A DNA stretch of 64,000 nucleotides from a virus (IMGVR_UViG_3300035698_019443:1-64000); one strand, 5' to 3'. Shown: positions 28,926-38,200, counted from the stretch's first letter. Program-made: numbers and translations. Notes: a model not told the origin generated them from the sequence alone.

Positions 28926-29258
28926 ATGGTACGGAAGCTAGGACATGGGAACTACGAGGTCAATGTCGATGGCATCATGCTCGGGATCGTCCGCAAGCGT
29001 TGCAGCGGTCGCGGCTGGGCGGCACGCAGGTGGGTCGACGGGCACCCTCGCCCCTTCGACCTCGTCGAGTCCGTTCGTACCCGCCGCGAGGCGGTCCAGT
29101 GGCTCGTCGATGGTCCCCAGTGGGCCGTTCGCATGCCGGGATGCGCCGCGTGGAGCGAGCACCTGACTCGCGAGGACGCAGAGGCCGAGCTGGCAGGGGC
29201 GCTCTACCTCGGCCTCGGCGGCCTCACCTCCGCTGCGATCGTCGCTCGTATTGAATAG
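28926..29258 (+). CDS. Hypothetical protein
   Basis: AGGAGG RBS. Confidence 0.6.
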   Translation: MVRKLGHGNYEVNVDGIMLGIVRKRCSGRGWAARRWVDGHPRPFDLVESVRTRREAVQWLVDGPQWAVRMPGCAAWSEHLTREDAEAELAGALYLGLGGLTSAAIVARIE

Positions 29259-29268
29259 GAGGCGTTCG

Positions 29269-29565
29269 ATGAGAGACACGTTTACCCAGACGGGGCGGGA
29301 CGGGCACATCGATCCCGAGGGCTCGCTCAAAGTCCTCGCTGACGAGGAGGAACGCGGGACGTTGTTTCTCGCGACTGGAAACCCCGACTTCGTCATGGCG
29401 CCAGAAGAGCTCGGCGGCGGGCGGGTTGACGTCGTAGGCCGCATTGTAGTCGAGGGCTGTCCCAAGTGCGGCGCCGATGGTCCGCACCCAGCCTACGCGC
29501 TCGAACGGCGTCTAGTCGTCGTCGGATGCACGGCGTGCCATGGGTACTCATGGGTTCAGTGGTAG
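29269..29565 (+). CDS. Hypothetical protein with Zn ribbon
   Basis: CPKC...CTAC; AGGAGG RBS. Confidence 0.6.
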   Translation: MRDTFTQTGRDGHIDPEGSLKVLADEEERGTLFLATGNPDFVMAPEELGGGRVDVVGRIVVEGCPKCGADGPHPAYALERRLVVVGCTACHGYSWVQW

Positions 29566-29830
29566 AGGAGGATGGGATGGTGACTGGATTCATAGTAGCT
29601 CGCTCGCCGCGCGATGGCTCGGCGATAGTGACGCGCACCGTCGAGCAGGCGCTGCGTGCGGTGCTCATGGCGGGAGAAGAAACGCCCCGCGTCGTGATCG
29701 GCGCGTCCACGGCAGTCCCCACGATACGGACGGTCGAGTGCATGCTGCGGATAGACGAGGAGGCGACGATTACCACTGCGGGCAACGTGCGCTACACCAT
29801 CCATCCCGCATGGATCATGGAAGGGACAAC

Positions 29831-30178
29831 ATGAGACGCTCGCGCGAGGACATAGAGGCAGAGCTCGCTAAACGCAGCGAAGCAGTGGAGGCGCTTCGGG
29901 CAGAGCTCAACGCGCTCGACTCGACGACGCTCGTGCGCTGCGAGAAGAACAACAACGGCGACGGGTGCGGCCAAGGCTTCGAGATCCGGGAACTTGAGTA
30001 CATCCAAACGCACTGGTACGTCGAGCCGCGCGGATGCACGGGCGGTGACTACTGGCGCGAGGGCGAAGGCAACTGGAGTTGTCCGAAGTGCGGACACCGT
30101 AACCGGCTTTACAACAAGCCGGATATCGTAGCGTTGCGGCGGCTGTTCCGCAATTCAGTGGACGAACACGAGCACTAG
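29831..30178 (+). CDS. Hypothetical Cys-containing phage protein
   Basis: HWYVEPRGCTGGDYW, CPKC. Confidence 0.6.
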   Translation: MRRSREDIEAELAKRSEAVEALRAELNALDSTTLVRCEKNNNGDGCGQGFEIRELEYIQTHWYVEPRGCTGGDYWREGEGNWSCPKCGHRNRLYNKPDIVALRRLFRNSVDEHEH

Positions 30179-30188
30179 GGGTGACGTC

Positions 30189-30857
30189 GTGACAATGCAA
30201 AAGTTCAAAGAGCTCCTGCGGGCGAAGGCCGCTGTGAGGCAGCGACTCCTCGACACGATTGGGGCCGAGGGGCAGTACGCCGCGATGGCAGAGCTCCTAC
30301 GCGGGCCGGGCTCGCTTCCGAGCTGGCGTAAAGGCGACGACAACCGGCGCGTCTGCAATCTCGCCTTCGCGCATCTCGGCCACGCCGCCTACTTGCAGGC
30401 GACCGCGTCGGTAACGGATCGGATGAAGGTGACCTACGTCGAGCTGAAGCAGGAGCAGCGGTGGCTCAATACGCAGCTCGAACGTCTCGCTCCGCACGTC
30501 CGTGTCTGTGCCGCTGCGTCGTGGAATCTCTATGACGAGGTCTGGACGTCGACCTACCGCTCCCAAGGGTTTGGGGCGACGAGCTATGCCCGAGGTCGAG
30601 CAGAGATCAGGACACTCGACCTATTGACGGCAGGCCTTGAGGCCCGAGTACGAATGGTCGGCGAGGACTTCCACGTCGAGGGCAAAGCGACAAAGTCGGC
30701 GCTTGAGGTCATCCGCCGGCGCCCGCCCGTTCCGCTGCGGACGATGGTCAAAGCCTGTTGGGCACGCGGATGTAATCCTCGTGTCTATATGCCCCTCTTA
30801 CCGCAGGGGTACGAAGCGGGCGTCGGGCTCGACTACTTCGGAGGTGAGACGTGCTGA
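30189..30857 (+). CDS. Hypothetical protein
   Basis: Operon-packed ORF. Confidence 0.55.
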   Translation: MTMQKFKELLRAKAAVRQRLLDTIGAEGQYAAMAELLRGPGSLPSWRKGDDNRRVCNLAFAHLGHAAYLQATASVTDRMKVTYVELKQEQRWLNTQLERLAPHVRVCAAASWNLYDEVWTSTYRSQGFGATSYARGRAEIRTLDLLTAGLEARVRMVGEDFHVEGKATKSALEVIRRRPPVPLRTMVKACWARGCNPRVYMPLLPQGYEAGVGLDYFGGETC

Positions 30858-31020
30858 TGACCATTACAATCCCCGCCGAGGTGCTCCTCAAGGCCGAGCG
30901 GGCTGCTCGGCGCGAAGCTGCTCGCGGGGCGGGCTACTACGACGGGCGGAACGCCCCGCGGCGGGACTCGGACAAACGCAAACAGGCGTCGAAGCGCGCC
31001 TGCCGCGGCAGGGTGTACGA

Positions 31021-31443
31021 ATGAAGACCATCAACGACAAGAATGTGACGGTGCTCGGCACCGTAGGGGACGCCGACCCCATCGAGTACGGCGGGGGCTA
31101 CATCCTGCGCGAGGGGGACGACGAGCCTCGGGTCGAGTACTTCTACGGGCTCGACACCGACACCGCCGACGAGGAGGGCTACCTGTCGATCTACTTCGCC
31201 ACCGTCGAAGTGGATATCTTCGCCTGGTGCGACTGGGTGAGCCTCGACGAACAGGAGGAGCTCGCCGCAGAGGCCGAGCTCTCTATCGAAGAGTATCGGC
31301 TGCAAGGCCGGTCGAGTGACGCCGTTGTCCGAGCTCGAGTGCTCGAAGACATCGCCGGGCGCTGGGGTTGGCACGAGCTGGACCAATACCCGGCACGGTT
31401 CACCGAGGCTGCGCTACGATCTCGTTGGGGAGGTGAGCTGTGA
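31021..31443 (+). CDS. Acidic hypothetical protein
   Basis: GDADPIEYGGG...WGWHELDQYP; GTGA-coupled to next gene. Confidence 0.6.
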   Translation: MKTINDKNVTVLGTVGDADPIEYGGGYILREGDDEPRVEYFYGLDTDTADEEGYLSIYFATVEVDIFAWCDWVSLDEQEELAAEAELSIEEYRLQGRSSDAVVRARVLEDIAGRWGWHELDQYPARFTEAALRSRWGGEL

Positions 31444-32141
31444 GTACCGAACGAATCGCCGAGTGGATGCGGGAAGAGTGCAGCCGCCTCGAGGCGCAGG
31501 CGGCTATCACGGAGGGCGACGTATCCTCCCGTTTGGAGACGATGGCAGACTGTCTCGCAATCTATTCGGGACACATCGAGAATGGGCATCATCTGCGGCT
31601 TTTCCCGCCGCCCATCGACATCTACGGGGCGCTCGCCCAGTGTGCCCCGGCGCCGTGGCTGCTGAAACGGACCAAGGAGCTCGTCGCGTCCCCTGACTTG
31701 CTCGACCACATCGTTGCGGTGGGTCTGATCGGGCGGCTCGCTGCGGGGTCGACTATCGCAGCGAGGACGATGCTCCGCAAAGTCCTGAACGGCGAAGAGA
31801 CGCCGCACTCGAGGGCGCTGGCGTGGACGTCGAAGCTCAACCGTGGGATGCGCAACGAGATCGTGCGTCGAGCCACCGAGCGCGGTGACCGGCTGCGGGA
31901 CGACTTGGACGACTTGGACGACAAGGCTAGCGTCAGCATGTGCCTGCAACGCGACGACCTCGAGTCCGTGGCGTGGGTCCTTCGATCGCATGGCAACCCC
32001 TTTGGGATCGGCACAGAGTTCGAGTGCCACCTCGACTCGCTCGACGAGAGGTCCGAGCCTCACGGGTTGGACGCCGCCGCGTCCTTTCATCTGCACGAGG
32101 TCAGTTGGCAGGAGCCCGAGGCGTGGTGGGGGATCGCATGA
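31440..32141 (+). CDS. Hypothetical protein
   Basis: GGAGGT RBS; coupled ORF. Confidence 0.6.
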   Translation: MSTERIAEWMREECSRLEAQAAITEGDVSSRLETMADCLAIYSGHIENGHHLRLFPPPIDIYGALAQCAPAPWLLKRTKELVASPDLLDHIVAVGLIGRLAAGSTIAARTMLRKVLNGEETPHSRALAWTSKLNRGMRNEIVRRATERGDRLRDDLDDLDDKASVSMCLQRDDLESVAWVLRSHGNPFGIGTEFECHLDSLDERSEPHGLDAAASFHLHEVSWQEPEAWWGIA

Positions 32142-32328
32142 CTGACCTCACGCCATACGAGAAGAAGGACGTGGTCATGGTCCTCGGCGCGATTCGTGAG
32201 CTGGCGACGCGCAGCGTGGACCACGGCGTCGCGGTCGCCGGGGAGCTCCCCGGCCTCGTCCACGCTTTTCGCCGCGTGCTCGACGCCGCGGCGGATCTAT
32301 TGCAGGCGGAAGCCCAACGGAGAGCGAA

Positions 32329-33336
32329 ATGACCGTGATCTACGCCCCCGACGGGATCTACAATCCCGCGTTTCGTGACCTGTCCAACATGAACTTCTGG
32401 CAGGACGAGGACGTGCTCGCCTGCGTGGGGCGCATCACCAAGTTCTTCAAGCAGGGGAGTATCGAGACGGTGTACACACTGCTCTCGGTCGACCACGCGG
32501 TCATCGTCGTTGCAGCGATGGGGGCACAGTGTCGGGTCGTCCTCTACCCCTCGCCAACTATCGAGTGGAACAAACAGTACCGCGCGGTACGGCAGCTCGT
32601 GCGCGGCGTGCTTCGCCGCGTCCAGGCGAAGGAGCCGTCGGCGTTCATCGTCGAGAGCGTCGAGGCTCTACGTCGACAAGCCTACGAGGCGGGGTGCGAG
32701 CGACTCATTATGTCCAACAGCTGGATGGCGCGCCAGGGGCACAGTATCGCGTCTGTCTCGCCCTCCGCCCAGTGGTGGGGCGATGACGTACTCACCCCCG
32801 AAGAGCTCGAGAAGCGAGACGCGAGGGTCCGCCGACAACAGGAGCGCGCCGAGCAACAGCGAACGAAGCAGCGAGCCGCGGCAGCAAGGAGGCGAAAGGC
32901 GAAGGCAAAGGAGGCAGCAGAGCTCGTGGCAATAGAAGCCGAGCGAAAGGCCGCGGCGGCGAGACGAAAGGCGAAGCCGAGACCGAAGCCCGCGCCACGC
33001 CAGGTCTATCGTCCCCCAGAGCCCTATTGCCGAGCTAACCACCCGTTCGGCGACACGAAGGGGGCTGCGCTAGCTGCGGAGAGGACAGACGAGAAGGTGC
33101 TCGCTCTCATCAATCGAGTGGACGAGCATCGGACCCCATTCACGCCGTGGGTCGGCGGACGAGGGGGGCAACTTCATGGCACGCCAGAGCAGCGGCAGAG
33201 GTTGGCCCAGGCGTGCGAGAAGCTCGATCGACACCCCATCGGGAGTACAGAGTTTGCGCTTTGGCCCAAGCTAGAAGAGCCGCAGTACGCGGACGATTAC
33301 ATCAACAGCCTCGGGAACGACGGCTACTACTGGTAA
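32329..33336 (+). CDS. Hypothetical protein with charged coiled-coil
   Basis: Packed ORF directly upstream of RAMP gene. Confidence 0.6.
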   Translation: MTVIYAPDGIYNPAFRDLSNMNFWQDEDVLACVGRITKFFKQGSIETVYTLLSVDHAVIVVAAMGAQCRVVLYPSPTIEWNKQYRAVRQLVRGVLRRVQAKEPSAFIVESVEALRRQAYEAGCERLIMSNSWMARQGHSIASVSPSAQWWGDDVLTPEELEKRDARVRRQQERAEQQRTKQRAAAARRRKAKAKEAAELVAIEAERKAAAARRKAKPRPKPAPRQVYRPPEPYCRANHPFGDTKGAALAAERTDEKVLALINRVDEHRTPFTPWVGGRGGQLHGTPEQRQRLAQACEKLDRHPIGSTEFALWPKLEEPQYADDYINSLGNDGYYW

Positions 33337-33352
33337 CGAAGGAGAGAGAACG

Positions 33353-34219
33353 ATGACGAAAGAGAAGACGATGGTCGAGAAGAAGATCAAAGAGACCGCA
33401 GCGATGGCAGCTACTCGACGGCTCGAACGATCCCGCGGCGTGCTCGTGCATCCCGCAGACCTGCTCGGCGCGACCTACGACGAGGCCGACAAGCTCTACG
33501 CGATCTACGAGGTTGGGATCAAGTTCCGCGATCGTTGCCTCGGCGGACGACCGAAGCTCATCGACGTCGCGATGGCGGCGCTCGAGGCGAAGGCACGAGC
33601 GGGCAAGATGCCAGAGGACGTCCTAGAACGAGCGAAGGCCGACATGCGCGAAGCCTACACCGACGCCGAGAAGGCGCGAGAGAACGGCGACGTCAGCGAC
33701 GAGGCCTACGAGCTCGACGGGGCGAAGGACTCGATGAGCCAGGCGTGGAACGGTTTCTACTACGACGGCGTCGGGATCTATCTCGAGCAGCGCGTCATCA
33801 AAGCCTGCCTGAAGTCCTGCTTCACGCAGCTCGGCATCTTCAAGACGAAGAAGGTCGGACCTGGGGGGACTGTCGGGGCGAAGCAGACGCACAATACAGG
33901 GTTCTTCGTCTGCCCTGGCCGGGTCTACTTCGAGCGCGACGGCGAGATCCTCAAACGCCCCGATGGCTACGAGGACATGCCAGCTCACGTCACCGACCAA
34001 AAGACAGGAGCCCCTCGATCGATCCTCTCGCGCATCGACTACGTCACCGAGGCGGAGATGACCTTCATCGCCAAGCCGCTCATCGGGGGCGCCATCGACG
34101 AGCATGACCTCCTCCGTGCCCTCGCCCTCTCCCGCGACGTGGGGCTCGGCGCGAAGCGGTCGCAGTCCTTCGGTCAGTTCGAGCTCACAAAGGTCCAGCG
34201 TCTCGGCATCGGACGCTAG
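33353..34219 (+). CDS. Stand-alone Cas7/Csm3-like RAMP-fold protein
   Basis: beta1 YEVGIKFRDRCLGG; IYLEQRVIKACLKS (resembles ipgssiKGalR); C-terminal Gly loop GLGAKRSQSFGQF; AAGGAG RBS. Confidence 0.75.
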   Translation: MTKEKTMVEKKIKETAAMAATRRLERSRGVLVHPADLLGATYDEADKLYAIYEVGIKFRDRCLGGRPKLIDVAMAALEAKARAGKMPEDVLERAKADMREAYTDAEKARENGDVSDEAYELDGAKDSMSQAWNGFYYDGVGIYLEQRVIKACLKSCFTQLGIFKTKKVGPGGTVGAKQTHNTGFFVCPGRVYFERDGEILKRPDGYEDMPAHVTDQKTGAPRSILSRIDYVTEAEMTFIAKPLIGGAIDEHDLLRALALSRDVGLGAKRSQSFGQFELTKVQRLGIGR

Positions 34220-34285
34220 ACGACCAACACGAACACGTAGGAAACGCGCGGATAACGACATGACAACGGTCAAACAACAAACCAC

Positions 34286-35143
34286 CGACCGACTTGACAT
34301 CACTTCGCCAGCCTACGCTTTCCAGCAGGCCGGACTACACCCCACCCTCCTTTCCTCGACGACTCGCCAGAGCGCTCTCCACCAAGCTGCGCCAAGCCTC
34401 GCTGCGCGACTACCTATTCCGACCTACTCTTCGCCCTACTATGCCAAGCCCTCCTCGCGACTTGCCAGACTAATCCGGGCTTCACTAGCCTCACCCGACA
34501 ACAGGCCAAACTCCTCTTTTCTCGCCTGCCTGCCGACTTGCTATTCTTCGCCTCACCGGCTCGTCCTGCCGACCTGCCATATCGCCCCCTTCACGCCTTT
34601 CGGCGAGCTCTTGCACACTGCTCTTTGCCGAACTATCGACAGACACACAAACCAAACCGTCCTGTCGACCAGCCGAGCCGTGCCCGGCTGTGCTCCCCTC
34701 CCGACTGGCTACACCCCTCTTCGCCTGCCTGGCCTTTACGACAAACACGACCGCACTACACTCTTCTGCGCTCTCGACTTGCCTCGCTCTTCTCTGCCTC
34801 GCTGCGCCGCCCCTCTCGACGGACCAAGCCGCGCCCCCCTTCGTCGACCTCGCGACAGGCCCGGCTACGCTACGCGCACCTTGGCTCCCGACTCACCAGG
34901 CCGCGCGGCGCTTTGCTACGCTGCCCCTACCCAGCCACGGTCTGCGCTCCACGGCTCTCGTCCGCGCTCCCGACTATCTTGTCTACCCCGCCCCCTACTA
35001 CAACGACGACAATCCAACCCCTCCACGCCCCGCCTCGACGACCTCGCAACTTGCCCGCTCCAGCCGAGCTCCGCTGTGCTCGACGACTGCACATACCCGT
35101 CTATGTCCACCTCTCGACGCACTGCTCTCTTCTGCGCTCTGCG
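34286..35143 (+). repeat. Array of ~23 units, CGAC-(NNNCY)~6-NN(N), modal period 36-37 nt; putative guide-RNA array
   Basis: CGAC heads at e.g. 34666, 34702, 34739, 34775, 34817, 34853, 34889; e.g. CGAC cagCC gagCC gtgCC cggCT gtgCT cccCT cc CGAC. Confidence 0.85.
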
Positions 35144-35157
35144 GTAATCCTTGATCC

Positions 35158-35193
35158 CCGCTCCCAGTCGTGTACGATCACGGCTGGGAGCGG
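35158..35193 (+). other. 15-bp hairpin closing the array
   Basis: CCGCTCCCAGTCGTG-TACGAT-CACGGCTGGGAGCGG (one G-U pair). Confidence 0.7.
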
Positions 35194-35231
35194 AAGCCCC
35201 CACGAGGCGGAAGCCTGAAGGGAACGAGACG

Positions 35232-36227
35232 ATGGGGAAACGAAAGAACAAGAATCGGCGAAGAGGCAAGAGGCCAGAGAACGCGCAGACGAAAGATGCT
35301 GTGTCCGCGTCAGTTCGGGGCTATTTGCAAGCGGTAGAGTCGCATACAGTCGAGCCCATAGAGCAGATCTACCTTCTAGAGAAAAAGGCAACAAACGCGC
35401 TAACCGCTAGACTAACGAGCCACAAAGAAAGCGAGGCGAAAGAGCTAGCGGATGACGCAGACTTTCATCTGCGGACGGAGAGATCGTGGCCGTTCCCTTC
35501 GTTCATTATCTGTCTTGACGATCGGTTTATTACACGGAGGAGGAGCGTTGCTGCGTTTCTCCCTCCAAACGCCGAGCCGCGAGACAAGATCACCTGTTTG
35601 GGGTTTGTCTTCCAACCGGACCGCGTGTCCGCGCTGTTTCGAGTCGGCGCGGAGCCGCGTTTAGTTCCTATACGATCTAAGCAGGCGTGGCACAAATGGC
35701 CACGTAGTGGGTGGTTCTTCTACGCCTTAACTGCGACGGCTGCACTTCGTCGCGTGTGCTCGCGTCAAGTGCTTCCCCTATTCAGCCTAGCCGGCGTACG
35801 CTCCACCTCCGCGCATAACGTCGAGGCGAGAGAGGCGCTGCGTCCTCTACCCCTCCTGTACTACGAGACCAAGGAGCCCACCGGGTATAGCGTAAACGCC
35901 CCGCCCAACCTCGAGACGAAGGGGACACGAGCTCCGCTGCGGTACAGCTACATGCGGCGGAGCTCTGAGTCGGTCAAGGTGCGGCGAGGAGCTCTACCGA
36001 TCTCTGCCGTGGATCAGGCGGTGCTCGCCGATCTCGTCAAGCGGGGGTATCGAGTCTACGCCGAGCCCACGCGAACGATCCGCGAAGAGGACGCAGCGCG
36101 GCTCGAGCTCCGAGGGAAGCGGCTCAAGCACCAAGACGAGTGGCTCGCGATACTGGCGTGGTCCCGCAGAGCCACGCAGGTCAGGCCAGACCTCGAGCTC
36201 ATTCCATCAGTACGGAGGGTTGGATGA
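35232..36227 (+). CDS. Basic hypothetical protein
   Basis: Long ORF downstream of array; no recognised family. Confidence 0.55.
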   Translation: MGKRKNKNRRRGKRPENAQTKDAVSASVRGYLQAVESHTVEPIEQIYLLEKKATNALTARLTSHKESEAKELADDADFHLRTERSWPFPSFIICLDDRFITRRRSVAAFLPPNAEPRDKITCLGFVFQPDRVSALFRVGAEPRLVPIRSKQAWHKWPRSGWFFYALTATAALRRVCSRQVLPLFSLAGVRSTSAHNVEAREALRPLPLLYYETKEPTGYSVNAPPNLETKGTRAPLRYSYMRRSSESVKVRRGALPISAVDQAVLADLVKRGYRVYAEPTRTIREEDAARLELRGKRLKHQDEWLAILAWSRRATQVRPDLELIPSVRRVG

Positions 36228-36546
36228 GCCGCTGGCGACGAACCAAGAGACACCCCGAGGGGCTGTGCGACTGCGGGGCTCACTTTGTCCTGGGGGGCGA
36301 GCTCAGCAAACAGCCCACCGTGAAATGCCCTGGGTGTGACGCCGACCACGGGCTCGTGCTCGTCAAAGACGGAAGCAAGCTCGTTTCGCGGATACCTTCG
36401 AGGAAGAACCGACGGAAACAGCGACGGATACCCGCACCACGACCGCATAATACCTAAGAAACTCAATGATATCAAGTAGTTAGGTCTCTTTTCGTAGACA
36501 CAGAGGACCACCATAGGGTAGTGTACGGTAGGGCAGGAGGTCCAAC

Positions 36547-37272
36547 GTGGTACGAAAACAGACGCAAACCAGGGACGACCAGCGCGCGATCGGCTACGCG
36601 CGGGTGTCTACCGTCCAGCAAGCACAAGAGGGATACTCACTCGACGCGCAGCGCGAGAAGATCGCGACCTACTGCTCGATGCGAGACCTCGAGCTCGTCG
36701 ATGTCTTCAGCGACGAGGGGGTCAGCGCCTCGATCCCCTTCGCTCATCGTCCTGGCGGGACTCTCGCAGCCGAGACGTTGTCCTCTCACGGCGCGGGACA
36801 CCTCGTCGGGCTGAAGATCGATCGGTTCTTCCGCAACACCGTAGACTGCCTCTCGAGCATCTCTGTGTGGGATGACAGCGGCGTGGCGCTCCACCTCGTC
36901 GACATGGGGGGCCAAGCCATCGACACTTCCACGGCGATGGGGCGGTTCTTCCTGACAATGATGGCGGGCATGGCCGAGTGGGAGCGCAACGTCATCAGCG
37001 AGCGGACGATCATGGCGCTGCAGCAGAAGAAGGCCAAGGGAGACGACCTCGGGGCGGCAGCCTTCGGCCAGCGCTGGAACACGACGACGCACAAGCTCGA
37101 AGAGAACCTCGAGGAGGTCTTCGTGATCAGACGCATTCGAACGCTGCGGCGCAGCGGTCTGAGCTACGCGAAGATCGCGAAGCTACTGAACGACAACGGG
37201 GTGCCGGCACGACACGGCAAGTGGCACGTCAATACCATCGTTCGAATACTGAAGCGCCCGAGGGGTAAATGA
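36547..37272 (+). CDS. Serine recombinase (resolvase-type catalytic domain + short DNA-binding domain)
   Basis: GYARVST, DEGVSA, KIDRFFR, MAEWERNVISERT. Confidence 0.93.
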   Translation: MVRKQTQTRDDQRAIGYARVSTVQQAQEGYSLDAQREKIATYCSMRDLELVDVFSDEGVSASIPFAHRPGGTLAAETLSSHGAGHLVGLKIDRFFRNTVDCLSSISVWDDSGVALHLVDMGGQAIDTSTAMGRFFLTMMAGMAEWERNVISERTIMALQQKKAKGDDLGAAAFGQRWNTTTHKLEENLEEVFVIRRIRTLRRSGLSYAKIAKLLNDNGVPARHGKWHVNTIVRILKRPRGK

Positions 37273-37301
37273 GACCACGCCGTGGCCGAGGAGAGTGGGG
37301 G

Positions 37302-37619
37302 CTACTGAATGAGACGCTGGGTGGGCGCGGGGTCTTCGTAGATCTCGACGATGACGCCGACGTCCTCTGCGTTGAAGTAGCAGGCCTTGGCCGGTTCCGG
37401 CGGAAGAGGTGCGGGCCGAGGCTGTTCCGCTTGCGCGACGAACCAGAGCTCCTCGATCTCGGGGTTCTTTCCAAGCATCCCCTCGAAGTGGACCGGCCCG
37501 TCAGTGGCGCGGCCATCTGACCCCGACGCGAACCCCAGTGCCACGGCGGGCTTGATGTAGACGACTACGGGCTGTCCGTCGAGCTTCTCCATCAGTGCCT
37601 CTACGGTCTCTTTCCTCAT
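37302..37619 (-). CDS. Hypothetical protein
   Basis: AGGAGG RBS; ATGA coupling. Confidence 0.6.
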   Translation of the reverse strand: MRKETVEALMEKLDGQPVVVYIKPAVALGFASGSDGRATDGPVHFEGMLGKNPEIEELWFVAQAEQPRPAPLPPEPAKACYFNAEDVGVIVEIYEDPAPTQRLIQ

Positions 37620-38200
37620 GCGATCCTCCTGTTGGGCGGTATCCCAAAGATGTTCCCCTCGATGTTCACCAACGAACCGGGGAAGTCGAATGCCGCGAAG
37701 TCTACCATCTCGGGCACGGGGTTCTCAAGAGTCCCGGCCCAGAAGTCGTCGACGACGCTTCTCGTCGTCTGCGGGATAGAGGACCAACCGAGCGTTCGGA
37801 TGCGAGCTCGGCGGGCCTGTTGTGCTGCCGTCCCCCGGTTCTCCCAGATCGGGTTGACCGGCTGTGAGTAGGCTCGAATGATGCCGGTGAAGGTCGACAT
37901 GCGTGGGGGGCTCGACCCGACGAGCATGAGGTTCTGCGCCATCGCCCAGGTGACCGCCGCCGCCGCCCGCCTGTTTGTCCCGCCAGACTCGCCTACAATC
38001 GCTCGAGCGAGCCAGAGCTTGTCAGCGTTCGTCAACGGGATTGGATCGCCCACAGGGCCATGCAGCGCCCCACCCTGAACATAGACACGCCCCCTCGTTG
38101 GTGTCGTGCCCATCTTGCCGATCGTCCCTCGGACCCGCGAGAGCCCAAACAGCCCTAGCCCTGTGAGGCCGGCGACGAGCGTCCACCAGTACCGCGTCAT
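37616..38200 (-). CDS. TM-anchored SleB/CwlJ-like cell-wall hydrolase candidate
   Basis: N-terminal TM; WLARAIVGESGG...AVTWAMAQN...YSQP. Confidence 0.55.
   Translation of the reverse strand: MTRYWWTLVAGLTGLGLFGLSRVRGTIGKMGTTPTRGRVYVQGGALHGPVGDPIPLTNADKLWLARAIVGESGGTNRRAAAAVTWAMAQNLMLVGSSPPRMSTFTGIIRAYSQPVNPIWENRGTAAQQARRARIRTLGWSSIPQTTRSVVDDFWAGTLENPVPEMVDFAAFDFPGSLVNIEGNIFGIPPNRRIA

Noticed and set aside
34286-35143. Canonical CRISPR array or simple minisatellite
   Set aside because: No 23-47-nt conserved repeat; only CGAC and phased CY are constant and the variable content is unique per unit
34104-35218. ORFs of 347, 226 and 154 aa across the array
   Set aside because: The C/T-rich pentamer pattern depletes stop codons in all frames; a 5-nt period does not fit codon structure; products are low-complexity
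36547-37272. IS607-type transposon
   Set aside because: No N-terminal MerR-like HTH and no adjacent tnpB
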